Positions 7,480 through 17,774 of a stretch of 45,839 nucleotides of DNA are shown here, piece after piece (positions within the stretch are counted from its first letter, which is position 1; each line of letters begins with the position of its first letter). Under the pieces are notes generated by a model. That model searched no databases. It had not been told where the DNA came from and saw only the letters and a list, made by a program, of their open reading frames with translations. Source of the stretch: Candidatus Moraniibacteriota bacterium (GTDB lineage: Bacteria; Patescibacteriota; Minisyncoccia; Moranbacterales; UBA1568); assembly GCA_049294475.1 (NCBI GenBank), contig JBAQCV010000043.1, forward strand, positions 1-45,839. The letters run 5' to 3'. Position numbers and translations under genes: made by a program.

Positions 7480-10400
7480 ATGTTCACCCACCTCCACGTC
7501 CACTCGCACTACTCCCTGCTCACCGCCCTGCCGAAGATCGAGGAGCTTCTGGCGCAGGCCAAGGAGTTCGGCATGACATCGATCGCGCTCACCGATACGT
7601 CCGCCCTCTACGGCGCCGTGGAATTCCAGAGCAAGGCCAAGGAGTTCGGCATCAAGGCGATCATCGGCGCGGAAATATACGTCTGCCATGATCTGCACAG
7701 CAAGAACAACACCGCCGAAGACCGTCGCCGCCATCAGCTCGTGCTCCTCGTCAAGAACGAGCAGGGGTACAAGAATCTGATGAAGATCATCTCGATCGCC
7801 CAGCTCGAAGGATTCTATTACAAGGCCCGCGCCGACAAGAATCTCCTGCGCCAGCATCATGAGGGGCTCATAGCGCTCTCCGGATCGCTCCAGGGCGAGG
7901 TGCCATCCGAAGTGATCTATGGCAACTACGAGCGCGCCAAGGCGGCCGCACTCGAATATCAGGATATCTTCGGCAAAGATAATTTCTATCTCGAGCTCGG
8001 GCCGAACTTCGAGTATGAGAACCAGATGGTCGCCAACCAGGGTCTCATCCAGATCAGCCGTGAAACCGGCATCCCGGTCGTCGCGGCAAACGATGCGCAT
8101 TATATCAGACGGGAGCATGCCGAGATCCAGGATATCCTCCTGTGCATCCGCGACAACAAGAAGGTGACCGACAAGGAGCGTTTCAGCATGATGGCGCTCG
8201 ATTTGTCGCTGCGCTCGCCGGAAGCGATGACGGGCATTTTCAAGGATATCCCCGAAGCGATCGAAAATACGGAAAAGATCGCCGCTGCGTGCGATTTCAA
8301 GATAAAGATGGGCGAGAATTACTTGCCGGAATTCCCATTGCCCGAAGGGAAAACTTCCGACAGCTATCTGCGCGAACTCTGCGAACTCGGATTGCGAAAA
8401 CGCTTTCCCGGAAAGACTGCCACCGAGGAACAGCGCACGCGTCTCGAATATGAGCTTTCCGTCATCGAAAAAACCGGCTATGCCCATTACTTCCTCATCG
8501 TGCAGGATTTCGTCAACTGGGCGAAAGAAAACGGCGTGGTCGTCGGCCCAGGCCGCGGCTCGGCTGCGGGCAGCTTCGTCGCCTATCTCACCGGCATCAC
8601 GAACCTCGATCCGATACGATACGACCTCCTCTTCGAACGGTTCCTCAATCCCGAGCGCATATCGATGCCAGATGTGGATATGGATTTCGCCGATGACCGC
8701 CGCGACGACGTGCTCGATTATGTGCGCGGAAAATACGGCAATGACCATGTCGCGCAGATCATCACGTTCGGAACGATGGCCGCCCGCGCCGCCGTCCGCG
8801 ATGTCGGCCGCGCGCTCGGATTCCCCTACGACTTCTGCGACAAGACCTCCAAGATGATCCCGATGTTTACCTCGATCACCAAAGCGCTCGGCGAGGTTCC
8901 GGAATTCAAGCAATGGTACGCATCGAACGCTGACGCAAAAAGACTGATCGATGCCGCGATGAAAGTGGAGGGGCTCGTCCGCCATGCCTCGATGCACGCC
9001 TGCGGCGTCGTCATTACCAAAGACCCCGTGACCGAATACACGCCGCTCCAGCGCGTATCGGGGGCACGCGAGGGCGTCGTGACCCAATACTCCGCTTCGA
9101 CCAAGTCGAACGCCGTCGAAAAAATCGGCCTGCTCAAAATGGACTTCCTGGGCTTGAAGAACCTCACCATCATCCAGAATACCCTGCGTATCGTCCGCAA
9201 GATCAAGGATGCCGATATCGACATCGAACAGATCCCGCTCGATGACGAGCTGACATTCAGGCTGCTTCAGGAGGCTCGTACGACCGGGGTATTCCAGCTG
9301 GAAAGTTCCGGCATGAAACGCTATCTGAAGCAGCTGAAACCGACCGTCTTCGAGGACATCATCGCCATGGTCGCGCTCTACCGTCCGGGACCGATGGAAT
9401 ACATCCCTGACTTCATCAGCGGAAAACACGGGACGAAAAAGATCAAATACCTCCATCCGATACTCGAACCGATCCTCCGGAACACGTACGGTGTCGCCGT
9501 GTACCAGGAACAGCTGATGCAGATAGCGCGCGATCTCGCCGGTTTCTCATTGGGCGAAGCGGACGTGCTACGCAAGGCGGTCGGCAAAAAAATCAAGGAG
9601 CTCGTCAAGGAACAGCGGAAGAAATTCATCGAGGGCTGCGTACGCACCGGCGTCGGAAAATCGATCGGCGAAAAGGTCTTCGCTTTCATCGAGCCGTTCG
9701 CCGGCTACGGCTTCAACCGCTCTCATGCCGCCTGCTACGCGCTGATCGGCTACCAGACCGCCTATCTCAAGGCGCATTATCCGGCGGAATTCATGGCCGC
9801 ACTCCTCACCTCCGATCAGGACAATATCGATCGCATCGCCATCGAGGTCAATGAGGCGCGCGAGATGGGCATCGAGGTCATCCCTCCGCATATCAATGAG
9901 AGTTTCGGCGAATTCGCGGTCATCATCGGCGAAGACGGGAAAGAACGGATACGGTTCGGGTTGAACGCCATCAAGAATGTCGGTCACATCGTCGCGCAGG
10001 AAATCGTCGATGAACGCAAGCGTGGCGGAATATATGCCGCACTCGGACAATTCATCGAACGCGTGAAAACCAAGGATCTCAACAAGAAGTCCGTAGAAGC
10101 CCTGATCAAGGTCGGCGCGCTCGAAGGATTCGGCGAACGGAACCAACTCCTGGAAAATATCGACGTGATCCTGCGACACGGCAAAAACCTCAAGGCCATC
10201 GCCGATACGCATCAGGACAGTCTCTTCGGCGATATGGCGCTGCCCACGAGCGAGATCCAGCTGTCCCCCTCGATTCCCGTCACCAAAAAGATGCGGCTCG
10301 GCTGGGAAAAAGAGCTGTTGGGTCTGTACGTGAGCGATCATCCGGTCAGGGAATATCAGGACTATTTCAACAAGACGACGACACCGATCAGCGGACTGGA

Positions 10401-10965
10401 CAAAAAACCGGACAATGCGAATGTGCGCATCGGCGGCGTCATCACCGATGTCCGGAAAATCCTCACCAAGAATCAGAGCACGATGTATTTCGTCGGACTC
10501 GAGGACCTAACGGGGCGGGTCGAGCTCCTCGTGTTCGGCAGAACGGCGGAACACACCGGCGAATCATGGATCGAAGACGAGGTGGTGATCGTCGATGCGC
10601 GCGTCTCGCACAAGGACGGCATGCTCAAATGCGTCGCGGAAGGCCTGGAACGCGTTTCCCAGAACACGCTCCACCAATTCGCCCGCGCCGAAGCAACTCG
10701 CCTGCAAAACAACGCTCTGCGCGCCGCAAACAACTCTGAACCACCACCAAGAAATGATCATGGTCTCGTTATCGCGGTAAAGAACGACGCCCCGGCACAC
10801 ACTATCGAACACCTCTCACAGCTTTTGAAAACCATTCCGGTCGGATCGAAAAAAGTCGCCGTGAAAATACAGGGCTCCATCATAGAAACCACGTTCTCCA
10901 TCGCCCCGACACCGGAACATCTCACGCAGATCCAAGATATCGACGGCGTGGAATCTATCGCATAA
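7480..10965 (+). CDS. dnaE: DNA polymerase III alpha subunit
   Basis: The PHP N-terminus MFTHLHVHSHYSLL is present, with palm, fingers and OB regions throughout (GPGRGSAAGSFVAYLTGIT, MPDVDMDF). The ORF-track start at 7432 would translate the repeat element, so I chose the ATG at 7480. Confidence 0.96.
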   Translation: MFTHLHVHSHYSLLTALPKIEELLAQAKEFGMTSIALTDTSALYGAVEFQSKAKEFGIKAIIGAEIYVCHDLHSKNNTAEDRRRHQLVLLVKNEQGYKNLMKIISIAQLEGFYYKARADKNLLRQHHEGLIALSGSLQGEVPSEVIYGNYERAKAAALEYQDIFGKDNFYLELGPNFEYENQMVANQGLIQISRETGIPVVAANDAHYIRREHAEIQDILLCIRDNKKVTDKERFSMMALDLSLRSPEAMTGIFKDIPEAIENTEKIAAACDFKIKMGENYLPEFPLPEGKTSDSYLRELCELGLRKRFPGKTATEEQRTRLEYELSVIEKTGYAHYFLIVQDFVNWAKENGVVVGPGRGSAAGSFVAYLTGITNLDPIRYDLLFERFLNPERISMPDVDMDFADDRRDDVLDYVRGKYGNDHVAQIITFGTMAARAAVRDVGRALGFPYDFCDKTSKMIPMFTSITKALGEVPEFKQWYASNADAKRLIDAAMKVEGLVRHASMHACGVVITKDPVTEYTPLQRVSGAREGVVTQYSASTKSNAVEKIGLLKMDFLGLKNLTIIQNTLRIVRKIKDADIDIEQIPLDDELTFRLLQEARTTGVFQLESSGMKRYLKQLKPTVFEDIIAMVALYRPGPMEYIPDFISGKHGTKKIKYLHPILEPILRNTYGVAVYQEQLMQIARDLAGFSLGEADVLRKAVGKKIKELVKEQRKKFIEGCVRTGVGKSIGEKVFAFIEPFAGYGFNRSHAACYALIGYQTAYLKAHYPAEFMAALLTSDQDNIDRIAIEVNEAREMGIEVIPPHINESFGEFAVIIGEDGKERIRFGLNAIKNVGHIVAQEIVDERKRGGIYAALGQFIERVKTKDLNKKSVEALIKVGALEGFGERNQLLENIDVILRHGKNLKAIADTHQDSLFGDMALPTSEIQLSPSIPVTKKMRLGWEKELLGLYVSDHPVREYQDYFNKTTTPISGLDKKPDNANVRIGGVITDVRKILTKNQSTMYFVGLEDLTGRVELLVFGRTAEHTGESWIEDEVVIVDARVSHKDGMLKCVAEGLERVSQNTLHQFARAEATRLQNNALRAANNSEPPPRNDHGLVIAVKNDAPAHTIEHLSQLLKTIPVGSKKVAVKIQGSIIETTFSIAPTPEHLTQIQDIDGVESIA

Positions 10966-10968
10966 ATC

Positions 10969-11919
10969 ATGAAACCGCTGACCAAAAAAACCATCGTTAT
11001 CGTCGGACCGACGGCTTCGGGCAAGTCGGATTTGGCCATTCTTTTGGCGCGCCGCTACGATGGCGAAATTATCTCGGCTGACAGCCGTCAGGTATATCGT
11101 GGTATGGATATCGGCTCGGGCAAAGTGACGAAACGAGAACAACGACTCGCGAAACACTGGCTCCTCGATGTCGCCAGTCCGAAACGAAGCTACAACGTCA
11201 CGCACTTCGTCCGTGATGCGAAAAAGGCACTCGCGGATATCAGGAAGCGCGGAAAAGTTCCCATCATCTGCGGCGGCACGGGCTTCTGGGCACAGACGCT
11301 GATCGAGGGCACGACATTCCCTGCCGTAAAACCTGATGCTGTCCTGCGTAAAAAACTGGATAAGAAAAACACCGCAGAGCTCTTCAGGATGCTCGTCAAA
11401 AAAGATCCGGCGCGCGCCAAAACGATTGATCGGCATAATAAGATCCGTCTCATCCGCGCGCTCGAAATTTGCGCGAAGCTCGGGCAAGTCCCCTCCCTTC
11501 CTACTCACTACAAACTACCAGCTGACAACTATACTATTATAGCCTTGAATCCGAACAAAGAAACTCTCAAGCAAAATATTGAAATTCGTCTTAAAACAAG
11601 ATTGGGGCAAGGTATGGTCGAAGAAACAAAGCACTTGCACGCGGACGGCGTAAGCTGGAAAAGATTGGAAAGTTTCGGATTGGAATACGGGAATATCGCG
11701 CTGTTCCTGCAGAAAAAAATCACCTATGAAACGATGTGCGCGAATATTATCCAAGAAAGCCTCCACTACGTCACACGCCAGCTGACCTGGCTCCGCCGTT
11801 TCGAAAAGATGGGCGCAAAAATTCACTGGATCACCGATCCGAAACAAGCACTTAAAATCATCAAACAAGAAGCGCCATCATGCATTGCCCCGCATTCAAG
11901 CTCCGGAACTCGAAGTTGA
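10969..11919 (+). CDS. miaA: tRNA dimethylallyltransferase
   Basis: The product has the P-loop IVGPTASGKSDLAI, DSRQVYRGMDIGSGK and the GGTGFW motif. Confidence 0.93.
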   Translation: MKPLTKKTIVIVGPTASGKSDLAILLARRYDGEIISADSRQVYRGMDIGSGKVTKREQRLAKHWLLDVASPKRSYNVTHFVRDAKKALADIRKRGKVPIICGGTGFWAQTLIEGTTFPAVKPDAVLRKKLDKKNTAELFRMLVKKDPARAKTIDRHNKIRLIRALEICAKLGQVPSLPTHYKLPADNYTIIALNPNKETLKQNIEIRLKTRLGQGMVEETKHLHADGVSWKRLESFGLEYGNIALFLQKKITYETMCANIIQESLHYVTRQLTWLRRFEKMGAKIHWITDPKQALKIIKQEAPSCIAPHSSSGTRS

Positions 11920-13140
11920 CGGGGATATTTTGCGGATGAAAAACAAGCTAATAAACACGAGCACGCCCATGCTCAAAATAGCGTAAGAATAACTCTGCGC
12001 TCCCCGTGAAGCGGTTGCGGTCAGGACAACGCTCCAGACTATCGGTCCTGCAAACGTGGCGAAACGCTCCATCAGGATGAAAAAACTGAAGGAGCTCGCC
12101 GCCAGCTCCTTTTCTGAAAATTCGGAGACCAGCGCCCGACTCACTCCCCACGTCGGACCAAAGAATATCCCGGCAACCAGACAAATGATCACCACCAGGC
12201 CAAAAGAAGGAGCGAAGGCAAGCGCAGGAAGGAGCACGATCCATGATATCAAGAGCCAAAACAATGTGCGCACCCCTCCTTTTTTGTCCGCTATGCTTCC
12301 ACCGAGTATCGCCCCAATAACTGACAGACTCAAAATGCCAACCGTAAGATATGTTTTCACCGAGTCAGAAGCGTTGTGTACCTTTTCCAAAAATATGGGG
12401 AAGTTGTTCGAGAACGTGAGAAGGGCATCACTGAAAAGAAAGTATGCTAGGAGCAAGAAGGTGAGATTTTTGTTTGCAAAGATGAGCTTGAACGTCTTTC
12501 GGACGCCTGAAAGTTCATCCCGGATGCTTTCTCGATCGATACGAGATTGTGGTGATCCGTCTTTGAACCAGAACAAGAGAGGTGCTGCCAAAACACCAAA
12601 CAGGATTGCCGCAGGCAGGAGCGTCTGTGCCCTGCCAGTAGCTCCAAAAAGATATATCGCCCCCGTCGCAAGCGGAAGCGTTACCAATAGTCCGATAACT
12701 TGTCCGGCATAATTCGCTCCCATACCCAAACCCGAAACAAAATTCCTATTCCCCATACTAGAGATATCGTTGAGCATCGGAGTATAATAAATGAAGCTCA
12801 AGAGATAAAAGTAAAGTCCGCAGGCGTATATAAACGCCGCTAACAATACATGAGCCGGGGTAAAAAGCGTCACAATGGCCGTACCTGAAAAAAGAAGAAA
12901 GGTGATAACAGTAGTGATACGCACCCCCGATAATTTTTTCTGACTGTAGTCGAGCCGACGTCCCAAAATCGGTGCTGTAATCACAAATAGGATCGAAGAA
13001 CCGGCCAGAATCGCATTGAACCACCAATCCGGCTTATTATTGTCAACCACCAGCCACTGGGAAAAATAGAACAAGAACACGATCATCACGATCGAATTGG
13101 CGAAGTCATACAGCGTCCAAAAAAATATGTTTTTCCTCAT
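11896..13140 (-). CDS. MFS transporter (UMF1/Atg22-like)
   Basis: The 414-aa product has about 12 hydrophobic segments and the N-terminal WTLYDFANS motif that I recall for the UMF1 family. Its 3' end overlaps the miaA 3' end by 24 nt (convergent). Confidence 0.75.
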   Translation of the reverse strand: MRKNIFFWTLYDFANSIVMIVFLFYFSQWLVVDNNKPDWWFNAILAGSSILFVITAPILGRRLDYSQKKLSGVRITTVITFLLFSGTAIVTLFTPAHVLLAAFIYACGLYFYLLSFIYYTPMLNDISSMGNRNFVSGLGMGANYAGQVIGLLVTLPLATGAIYLFGATGRAQTLLPAAILFGVLAAPLLFWFKDGSPQSRIDRESIRDELSGVRKTFKLIFANKNLTFLLLAYFLFSDALLTFSNNFPIFLEKVHNASDSVKTYLTVGILSLSVIGAILGGSIADKKGGVRTLFWLLISWIVLLPALAFAPSFGLVVIICLVAGIFFGPTWGVSRALVSEFSEKELAASSFSFFILMERFATFAGPIVWSVVLTATASRGAQSYSYAILSMGVLVFISLFFIRKISPSTSSSGA

Positions 13141-13174
13141 AGTATGATGGATATTAAAAAGAATCTTGTGTCCG

Positions 13175-14644
13175 CTATCGCAATTGCTGTTTGAGAATAT
13201 CAGCGACGACTTGCGGGTTCGCTTTCCCTTTCGTAACCGACATAACTTGCCCCATCAGGAACTTCAAAGCATTCTCTTTTCCGGATTTATAATCTGCCAC
13301 AGATTTCACATTGGCGGCGAGCACGGATATGACGACACTTTCAAGCTCTGAAGTGTCGCTTATCTGAGCCAAATTCAGACGTTCGATGATGTGCGACGGA
13401 TCATTGTCGCCACCCTGGTACATCTCCGCAAGTACGGTCTGCGCGGCACTCGAGTTGATTTTTCCATCCGCGACAATCCCAATAAGTTCGGCGTAGTTTT
13501 CGGGCGTGATCTCGACATCGCCGATACGCTGTTCGTTTTCCATGAGATGCTTGCGCAGTTCGGTCAGCATATAGTTCGCCGCGAGCTTCACTGCCCGCTC
13601 AAACGGAACACGTATTTCTTGAGCTTTGACTTTTTCTGCAAGCTCGCTGGCTACTGCTTCGAAATATGCCGAAAGCTCGCGATCTTCCGTAAGAATGACC
13701 GCGTCCGCTTCCGGCAAAACGTATTCTGACAGAAAACGTTTCAATTTCGCATCCGGCAATTCCGGAAGAGTTGCACGCAATTTCTCAACGTATTCCGCGG
13801 TGAATGTGAATGGCGGGATATCCGGTTCCGGGAAATAACGGTAGTCATGCGCCGATTCCTTCTTGCGCTGGGAGACAGTCGCTTGCTTCACTTCATCCCA
13901 TCCTCTGGTTTCCTGAACGATCTTCTCTCCCGCATCGAGCGCTTCCGTCTGACGAATGATCTCATATTCGATAGCCCGTTCGACGGATCGGAAAGAATTG
14001 ATATTTTTGACCTCCACTTTCGTTCCAGACAGACGATCAGCACCTTCCGGATAGAGCGAGATATTCACTTCGCAGCGCATCTGACCCTTTTCCATATCCG
14101 CATCCGATGCGTCGAGGTAGCGGAGTATCTGGCGCAGTTTTTGGCAGAACAGGCTCGCATCTTTCCCGGTTTCGAAATCCGGTTCAGTCACGAGTTCCAT
14201 CAGCGGCACGCCCGCGCGATTGAAATCGACGAGCGTATAGTCCGCGCCATGCGGATGCATCGATTTCCCTGTATCTTCCTCGAGATGAATGCGCGTAATC
14301 CGGAAAGTTTTATCCCCTATCATCATCTCCCCGTGTTCGCAGAACGGCTCATCATACTGGGAAATCTGATAGCCTTTCGGGATATCGGGATAAAAGTAAT
14401 TCTTGCGATCGAATTTGGAAGAGAGACGGGGTGTGCAGCCGAGCGCCAACCCGACGCGTTGCACCACCTCGATCGCCTGGCGATTCGGCACCGGCAGCGT
14501 CCCCGGCTGCGCCGTACAGACCGGACAGATATGCACGTTCGGTTCCTTTTCGAGTCCCAAGCCGTTCTTGCACGCGCAAAACATCTTGGACTGCGTTTTC
14601 AGCTCCGCGTGCACCTCCATTCCGATAGTGACATTGTATTTCAT
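13175..14644 (-). CDS. gatB: Asp/Glu-tRNA amidotransferase subunit B
   Basis: MKYNVTIGMEVHAELKTQSKMFC...RKNYFYPD.PKGYQISQ and a C-terminal YqeY-like tail are present. Confidence 0.97.
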   Translation of the reverse strand: MKYNVTIGMEVHAELKTQSKMFCACKNGLGLEKEPNVHICPVCTAQPGTLPVPNRQAIEVVQRVGLALGCTPRLSSKFDRKNYFYPDIPKGYQISQYDEPFCEHGEMMIGDKTFRITRIHLEEDTGKSMHPHGADYTLVDFNRAGVPLMELVTEPDFETGKDASLFCQKLRQILRYLDASDADMEKGQMRCEVNISLYPEGADRLSGTKVEVKNINSFRSVERAIEYEIIRQTEALDAGEKIVQETRGWDEVKQATVSQRKKESAHDYRYFPEPDIPPFTFTAEYVEKLRATLPELPDAKLKRFLSEYVLPEADAVILTEDRELSAYFEAVASELAEKVKAQEIRVPFERAVKLAANYMLTELRKHLMENEQRIGDVEITPENYAELIGIVADGKINSSAAQTVLAEMYQGGDNDPSHIIERLNLAQISDTSELESVVISVLAANVKSVADYKSGKENALKFLMGQVMSVTKGKANPQVVADILKQQLR

Positions 14645-14656
14645 AAAAGGCCTCTT

Positions 14657-14986
14657 TCATCTGTTGTCCCCATCACCTTGCAGTACGCCCCTGTCCATTC
14701 TATCATAAAGCTTCTTGATGTTGCCTTCCGCGATATCGTCCAGAGAAAGGCCGATTTCGGTAGCCAGCTGGGAGACATACCAGAGCACATCGCCGAGCTC
14801 TTTCTTGATAGCATCCCGTGTCTCGTCATTTATCTGCCCGCCCTGATCGCGGATGACTTTCTTGATTTTTTCCGCCACTTCGCCTGCTTCTCCCGCCAAT
14901 CCCAGCGTCGGATAGATATAATTGCTTCCTGCATCGGGATACTTCGCCGTGACGCGAGATTTTTTCTGATATTCCTCAAAATTCAT
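14657..14986 (-). CDS. MazG-type all-alpha NTP pyrophosphohydrolase (small, single domain)
   Basis: LGLAGEAGEVAEKIKK...ELGDVLWYVSQLA carries the EExxE/D-type metal motifs. The ATG at 14986 overlaps the upstream stop as ATGA. Confidence 0.85.
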   Translation of the reverse strand: MNFEEYQKKSRVTAKYPDAGSNYIYPTLGLAGEAGEVAEKIKKVIRDQGGQINDETRDAIKKELGDVLWYVSQLATEIGLSLDDIAEGNIKKLYDRMDRGVLQGDGDNR

Positions 14987-15582
14987 AAGATATTTTTTAC
15001 GATATTGATGATATCTGCCGACACTTTCTCGACGCTCTGATTGGCTACGACTTGTTTCCAACCATAGCGCTCTCCCAACAGCAGATGAAAGTTTTTGCAG
15101 ATCCGTATCCTCTCATCAGCCGTCTCATTGCGATGTCCGGCCTCGATCGCCGTATCAAAACGTTCACCATGCATCAGGATATTCAAAGCCGGTTGCAATA
15201 GATTTCTGTTGATCTGTTCGAGATATTCGAGATCCGCGCCCCACGTCAGCCCCCAGGCGATGCCCGTGCCGGTGTAGTCTTCCGCGACGATCCATTCCCC
15301 CACTGCCAGTCTTTTCTTCAGCTCTTCCTCGTAGCGTTTGCGGTTATCGGCATATTTCCCTTGCAACGCTTCCGTCGAAAGTTCATTGTTTGTGCGGAAA
15401 CCCGGATCGCGCAGATATTTGTAGATGAACGGCCCCTCCGGCCCGAGATCATATATAGGATATTTCAGACGGCTCGCTTGCTTTCCGACTGATTGCAAAA
15501 ACTCCACCAAAAGCCCGACTTGCGTCGTTTTCCCGATACCATTGATGCCGTACAACGTGATCATTTTCCCGGCAGTGTTCAT
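14983..15582 (-). CDS. Thymidylate-kinase-family P-loop kinase (divergent; start could be 15612 or 15564)
   Basis: The P-loop is ITLYGINGIGKTTQ. A segment AEDYTGTGIAWG sits where Tmk has DRY..S..AY. Confidence 0.65.
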   Translation of the reverse strand: MNTAGKMITLYGINGIGKTTQVGLLVEFLQSVGKQASRLKYPIYDLGPEGPFIYKYLRDPGFRTNNELSTEALQGKYADNRKRYEEELKKRLAVGEWIVAEDYTGTGIAWGLTWGADLEYLEQINRNLLQPALNILMHGERFDTAIEAGHRNETADERIRICKNFHLLLGERYGWKQVVANQSVEKVSADIINIVKNIL

Positions 15583-15617
15583 AGGTTTCTCGTTTTCATA
15601 CCATCTCAACATCCCCT

Positions 15618-16187
15618 CTACGCTTTCGACTGTTTCCGCAATTCCTCCACCATGGTATCCACTTGCGCCTGCAATGCTTCTGGTGTACCGTCATTGTGGA
15701 TCACGAAATCCGCCCGTTCTTTCAGAGCCTGAATCTGCAATTCCGTCTCCAGTTTGGCATCCTTCTCGAACTGGGCAGGTGTCTTCGTGGCATCGTCGGT
15801 ATTCTGTCGTCGCCGTATCAGCCGCTCATACCGAATTTCCGGAGCAGCCTCCACGTAGGCGCAATAGAAATTCGGATCCGCTTCCATATGGATGATGTCC
15901 GGCAAACGGCGCACGCCGTCCACGACCACGAGGTCCTCCGGATTGTTTTCCGCGTCGGCAAGCATCACTTTTGAGAGCACGTCCTCTCCGAACGCCTTGC
16001 GGAGATGGAGCGAGAGCGTCGCCATATTTTCCCGATTCTGCTCCAGATGCAGCCGGTCGAGCATATCCCGGAGCGGCTGCGAAAACCGGAGCGAGAGTGC
16101 CCCGTGTTTTTCCGCCATATATTTGCCTACCGTGTCCTTGCCGGAAGCGATCTCTCCCGAGATACCCAGGATTATTTTCTTGCTCAT
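15618..16187 (-). CDS. P-loop deoxynucleoside-monophosphate kinase-like protein (T4 gp1-like by recalled motifs)
   Basis: GISGEIASGKDT resembles the recalled T4 gp1 LSGVKRSGKDT. PLRDML and C-terminal VIHNDGTPEAL resemble the gp1 VITNDGSLEEL. The start overlaps the folA stop as ATGA. Confidence 0.55.
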   Translation of the reverse strand: MSKKIILGISGEIASGKDTVGKYMAEKHGALSLRFSQPLRDMLDRLHLEQNRENMATLSLHLRKAFGEDVLSKVMLADAENNPEDLVVVDGVRRLPDIIHMEADPNFYCAYVEAAPEIRYERLIRRRQNTDDATKTPAQFEKDAKLETELQIQALKERADFVIHNDGTPEALQAQVDTMVEELRKQSKA

Positions 16188-16681
16188 GGCTTTTCCAACG
16201 TTACGAATGAAAACCGGTGCGTGCCGTTATCGACTTTTTCTTCACTCAATACTTTCGTGAACTCGCCATATTCCGGAAAAAAAGTATCTGCCTCGTATTC
16301 TCCCTCCACCAGCGTCAGATACAGCCGATCGGCAAACGGGGTGAATTGCCTGTAGATGCTCGCCCCTCCGATGATAAAGATCTCTTCTGTTTCAGATTCC
16401 CTCGCCTTCTGCAGCGCCTCTTCGACAGAATGCACGACGGTACAGCCATCGATACTCAATCCTTGGTCTATGGAAAGAACGATATTCATGCGATTCGGCA
16501 GCGGCTTGCCGATCGATCGGAACGTATTTTCCCCCATGACAACCACATGCCCGCTTGTCAACTCCTTAAAGTGTTTGAAGTCTTCCGGGATGTGCCACAA
16601 GAGCGCGTTATTCTTGCCGATGGCGCGGTCTTTCTTGGCGATGGCGGCAATGATGCTGAGACGCGATTTTGGCATATTCAT
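16184..16681 (-). CDS. folA: Dihydrofolate reductase
   Basis: From the internal ATG the product reads MNMPKSRLSIIAAIAKKDRAIGKNNALLWHIPEDFKHFKELTSGHVVVMGENTF...IIGGASIY. The upstream 38 aa of the ORF are Arg-rich and non-conserved. Confidence 0.9.
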   Translation of the reverse strand: MNMPKSRLSIIAAIAKKDRAIGKNNALLWHIPEDFKHFKELTSGHVVVMGENTFRSIGKPLPNRMNIVLSIDQGLSIDGCTVVHSVEEALQKARESETEEIFIIGGASIYRQFTPFADRLYLTLVEGEYEADTFFPEYGEFTKVLSEEKVDNGTHRFSFVTLEKP

Positions 16682-16763
16682 ACTCCCTATTCTACCTCTT
16701 TTTCGTCTTTCTTTCAAAGAAAAATCCCGCTTCACGAGAAGCGGGGAGCAAAAGACATGCTTG

Positions 16764-17687
16764 TCATACGGCGACCGGCGCCTTGATCGCGCCATGAGAC
16801 TGATAGCCCTCGAGCGTGAAGTCTTCGATCTTGAAGTCGAACAGGTTCTTCACGGCCGGATTCAGCAACATCCTCGCAAGCGGCAGGGGCGCTCGTGACA
16901 GCTGCAGAGCGACTTGCTCGAAGTGATTGCTGTAGATATGCACGTCACCGCCGGTCCAGACGAACTCTCCGGGTTCCAGATCGCACACCTGCGCCATCAT
17001 CATCGTGAGCAATGCGTACGATGCGATATTGAACGGCACGCCGAGCAGCGTATCGCAGCTCCGCTGATACAGCTGGCACGACAGCCTGCCATCCGCGACA
17101 TAGAACTGGAACAGGCAGTGGCATGGCGGCAGTCCGGCTTTGGCCATCTCCTCAATATCCGCCACATTCCAAGCCGATACGATCATCCGCCGCGAATCAG
17201 GAGACTTCTTCAGCTGCTCGATGACATTGGTAATCTGATCGACGTGTCGTCCGTCAGGCGTCGGCCAGCTACGCCATTGATAGCCGTAGATGGGGCCAAG
17301 CTCGCCGTATTCCTTGGAAAAAACATCGTCAGTTTTTACCTTCTCTATGAATGCCGCGACGCCGGTATTCCATTCCTCGGATCCGGGTTTCGGAACGACT
17401 TTGCCTTCACGGATAAGATACGCCTTGTACGGCCACTCGTCCCAGATATGCACGTTCCTGTCGGCGAGGTATTTCAGATTCGAATCCCCCGCGAGAAACC
17501 ACAAGAGCTCCTCGATAATCAGACGCAGAGACTTGTCCATCTTCTTGGTCGTGAGAAGCGGAAAACCTGCCGCGAGATCGAAGCGCATCTGATACCCGAA
17601 AACGCTTTTCGTCCCGGTTCCGGTCCGATCCGTCTTCACAGCACCGTTTGCCATGATATGGTTCAAAAGGTCAAGGTACTGTTGCAT
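16764..17687 (-). CDS. thyA: Thymidylate synthase (ThyA, long form with about 35-aa insert)
   Basis: [49 protein letters not shown] is almost identical to the E. coli motif block. GGAGG lies 8 nt upstream of the ATG. Confidence 0.97.
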   Translation of the reverse strand: MQQYLDLLNHIMANGAVKTDRTGTGTKSVFGYQMRFDLAAGFPLLTTKKMDKSLRLIIEELLWFLAGDSNLKYLADRNVHIWDEWPYKAYLIREGKVVPKPGSEEWNTGVAAFIEKVKTDDVFSKEYGELGPIYGYQWRSWPTPDGRHVDQITNVIEQLKKSPDSRRMIVSAWNVADIEEMAKAGLPPCHCLFQFYVADGRLSCQLYQRSCDTLLGVPFNIASYALLTMMMAQVCDLEPGEFVWTGGDVHIYSNHFEQVALQLSRAPLPLARMLLNPAVKNLFDFKIEDFTLEGYQSHGAIKAPVAV

Positions 17688-17774
17688 AGCGTGTTGCCTC
17701 CGTTAAGTGTCAAACAATGACCGAAAGAGCTACTGGCAGCAAGCCTATCACAAGCAAAAAACTTCCGCAAACAC

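Noticed and set aside
7393-9456. 687-aa minus-strand ORF
   Set aside because: It lies entirely antisense to the strongly conserved dnaE. Its translation is Asp/Arg/Gly/His-rich with no recognisable motif, which is typical of a shadow ORF in GC-rich coding DNA.
13847-15040. 397-aa plus-strand ORF
   Set aside because: It is antisense to gatB and the MazG-like gene, both of which have clear family signatures. Its composition is Arg/Phe/Ile-rich and it has no motifs.
16764-17687. Possibility that the ThyA homolog is a dCMP/dUMP hydroxymethylase making modified bases, given the phage-like neighbours
   Set aside because: The active-site block is almost identical to E. coli ThyA. It includes Asn in ...[10 protein letters not shown]..., whereas dCMP hydroxymethylases have Asp there, and it includes the catalytic PPCH cysteine. 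It is therefore a canonical thymidylate synthase.
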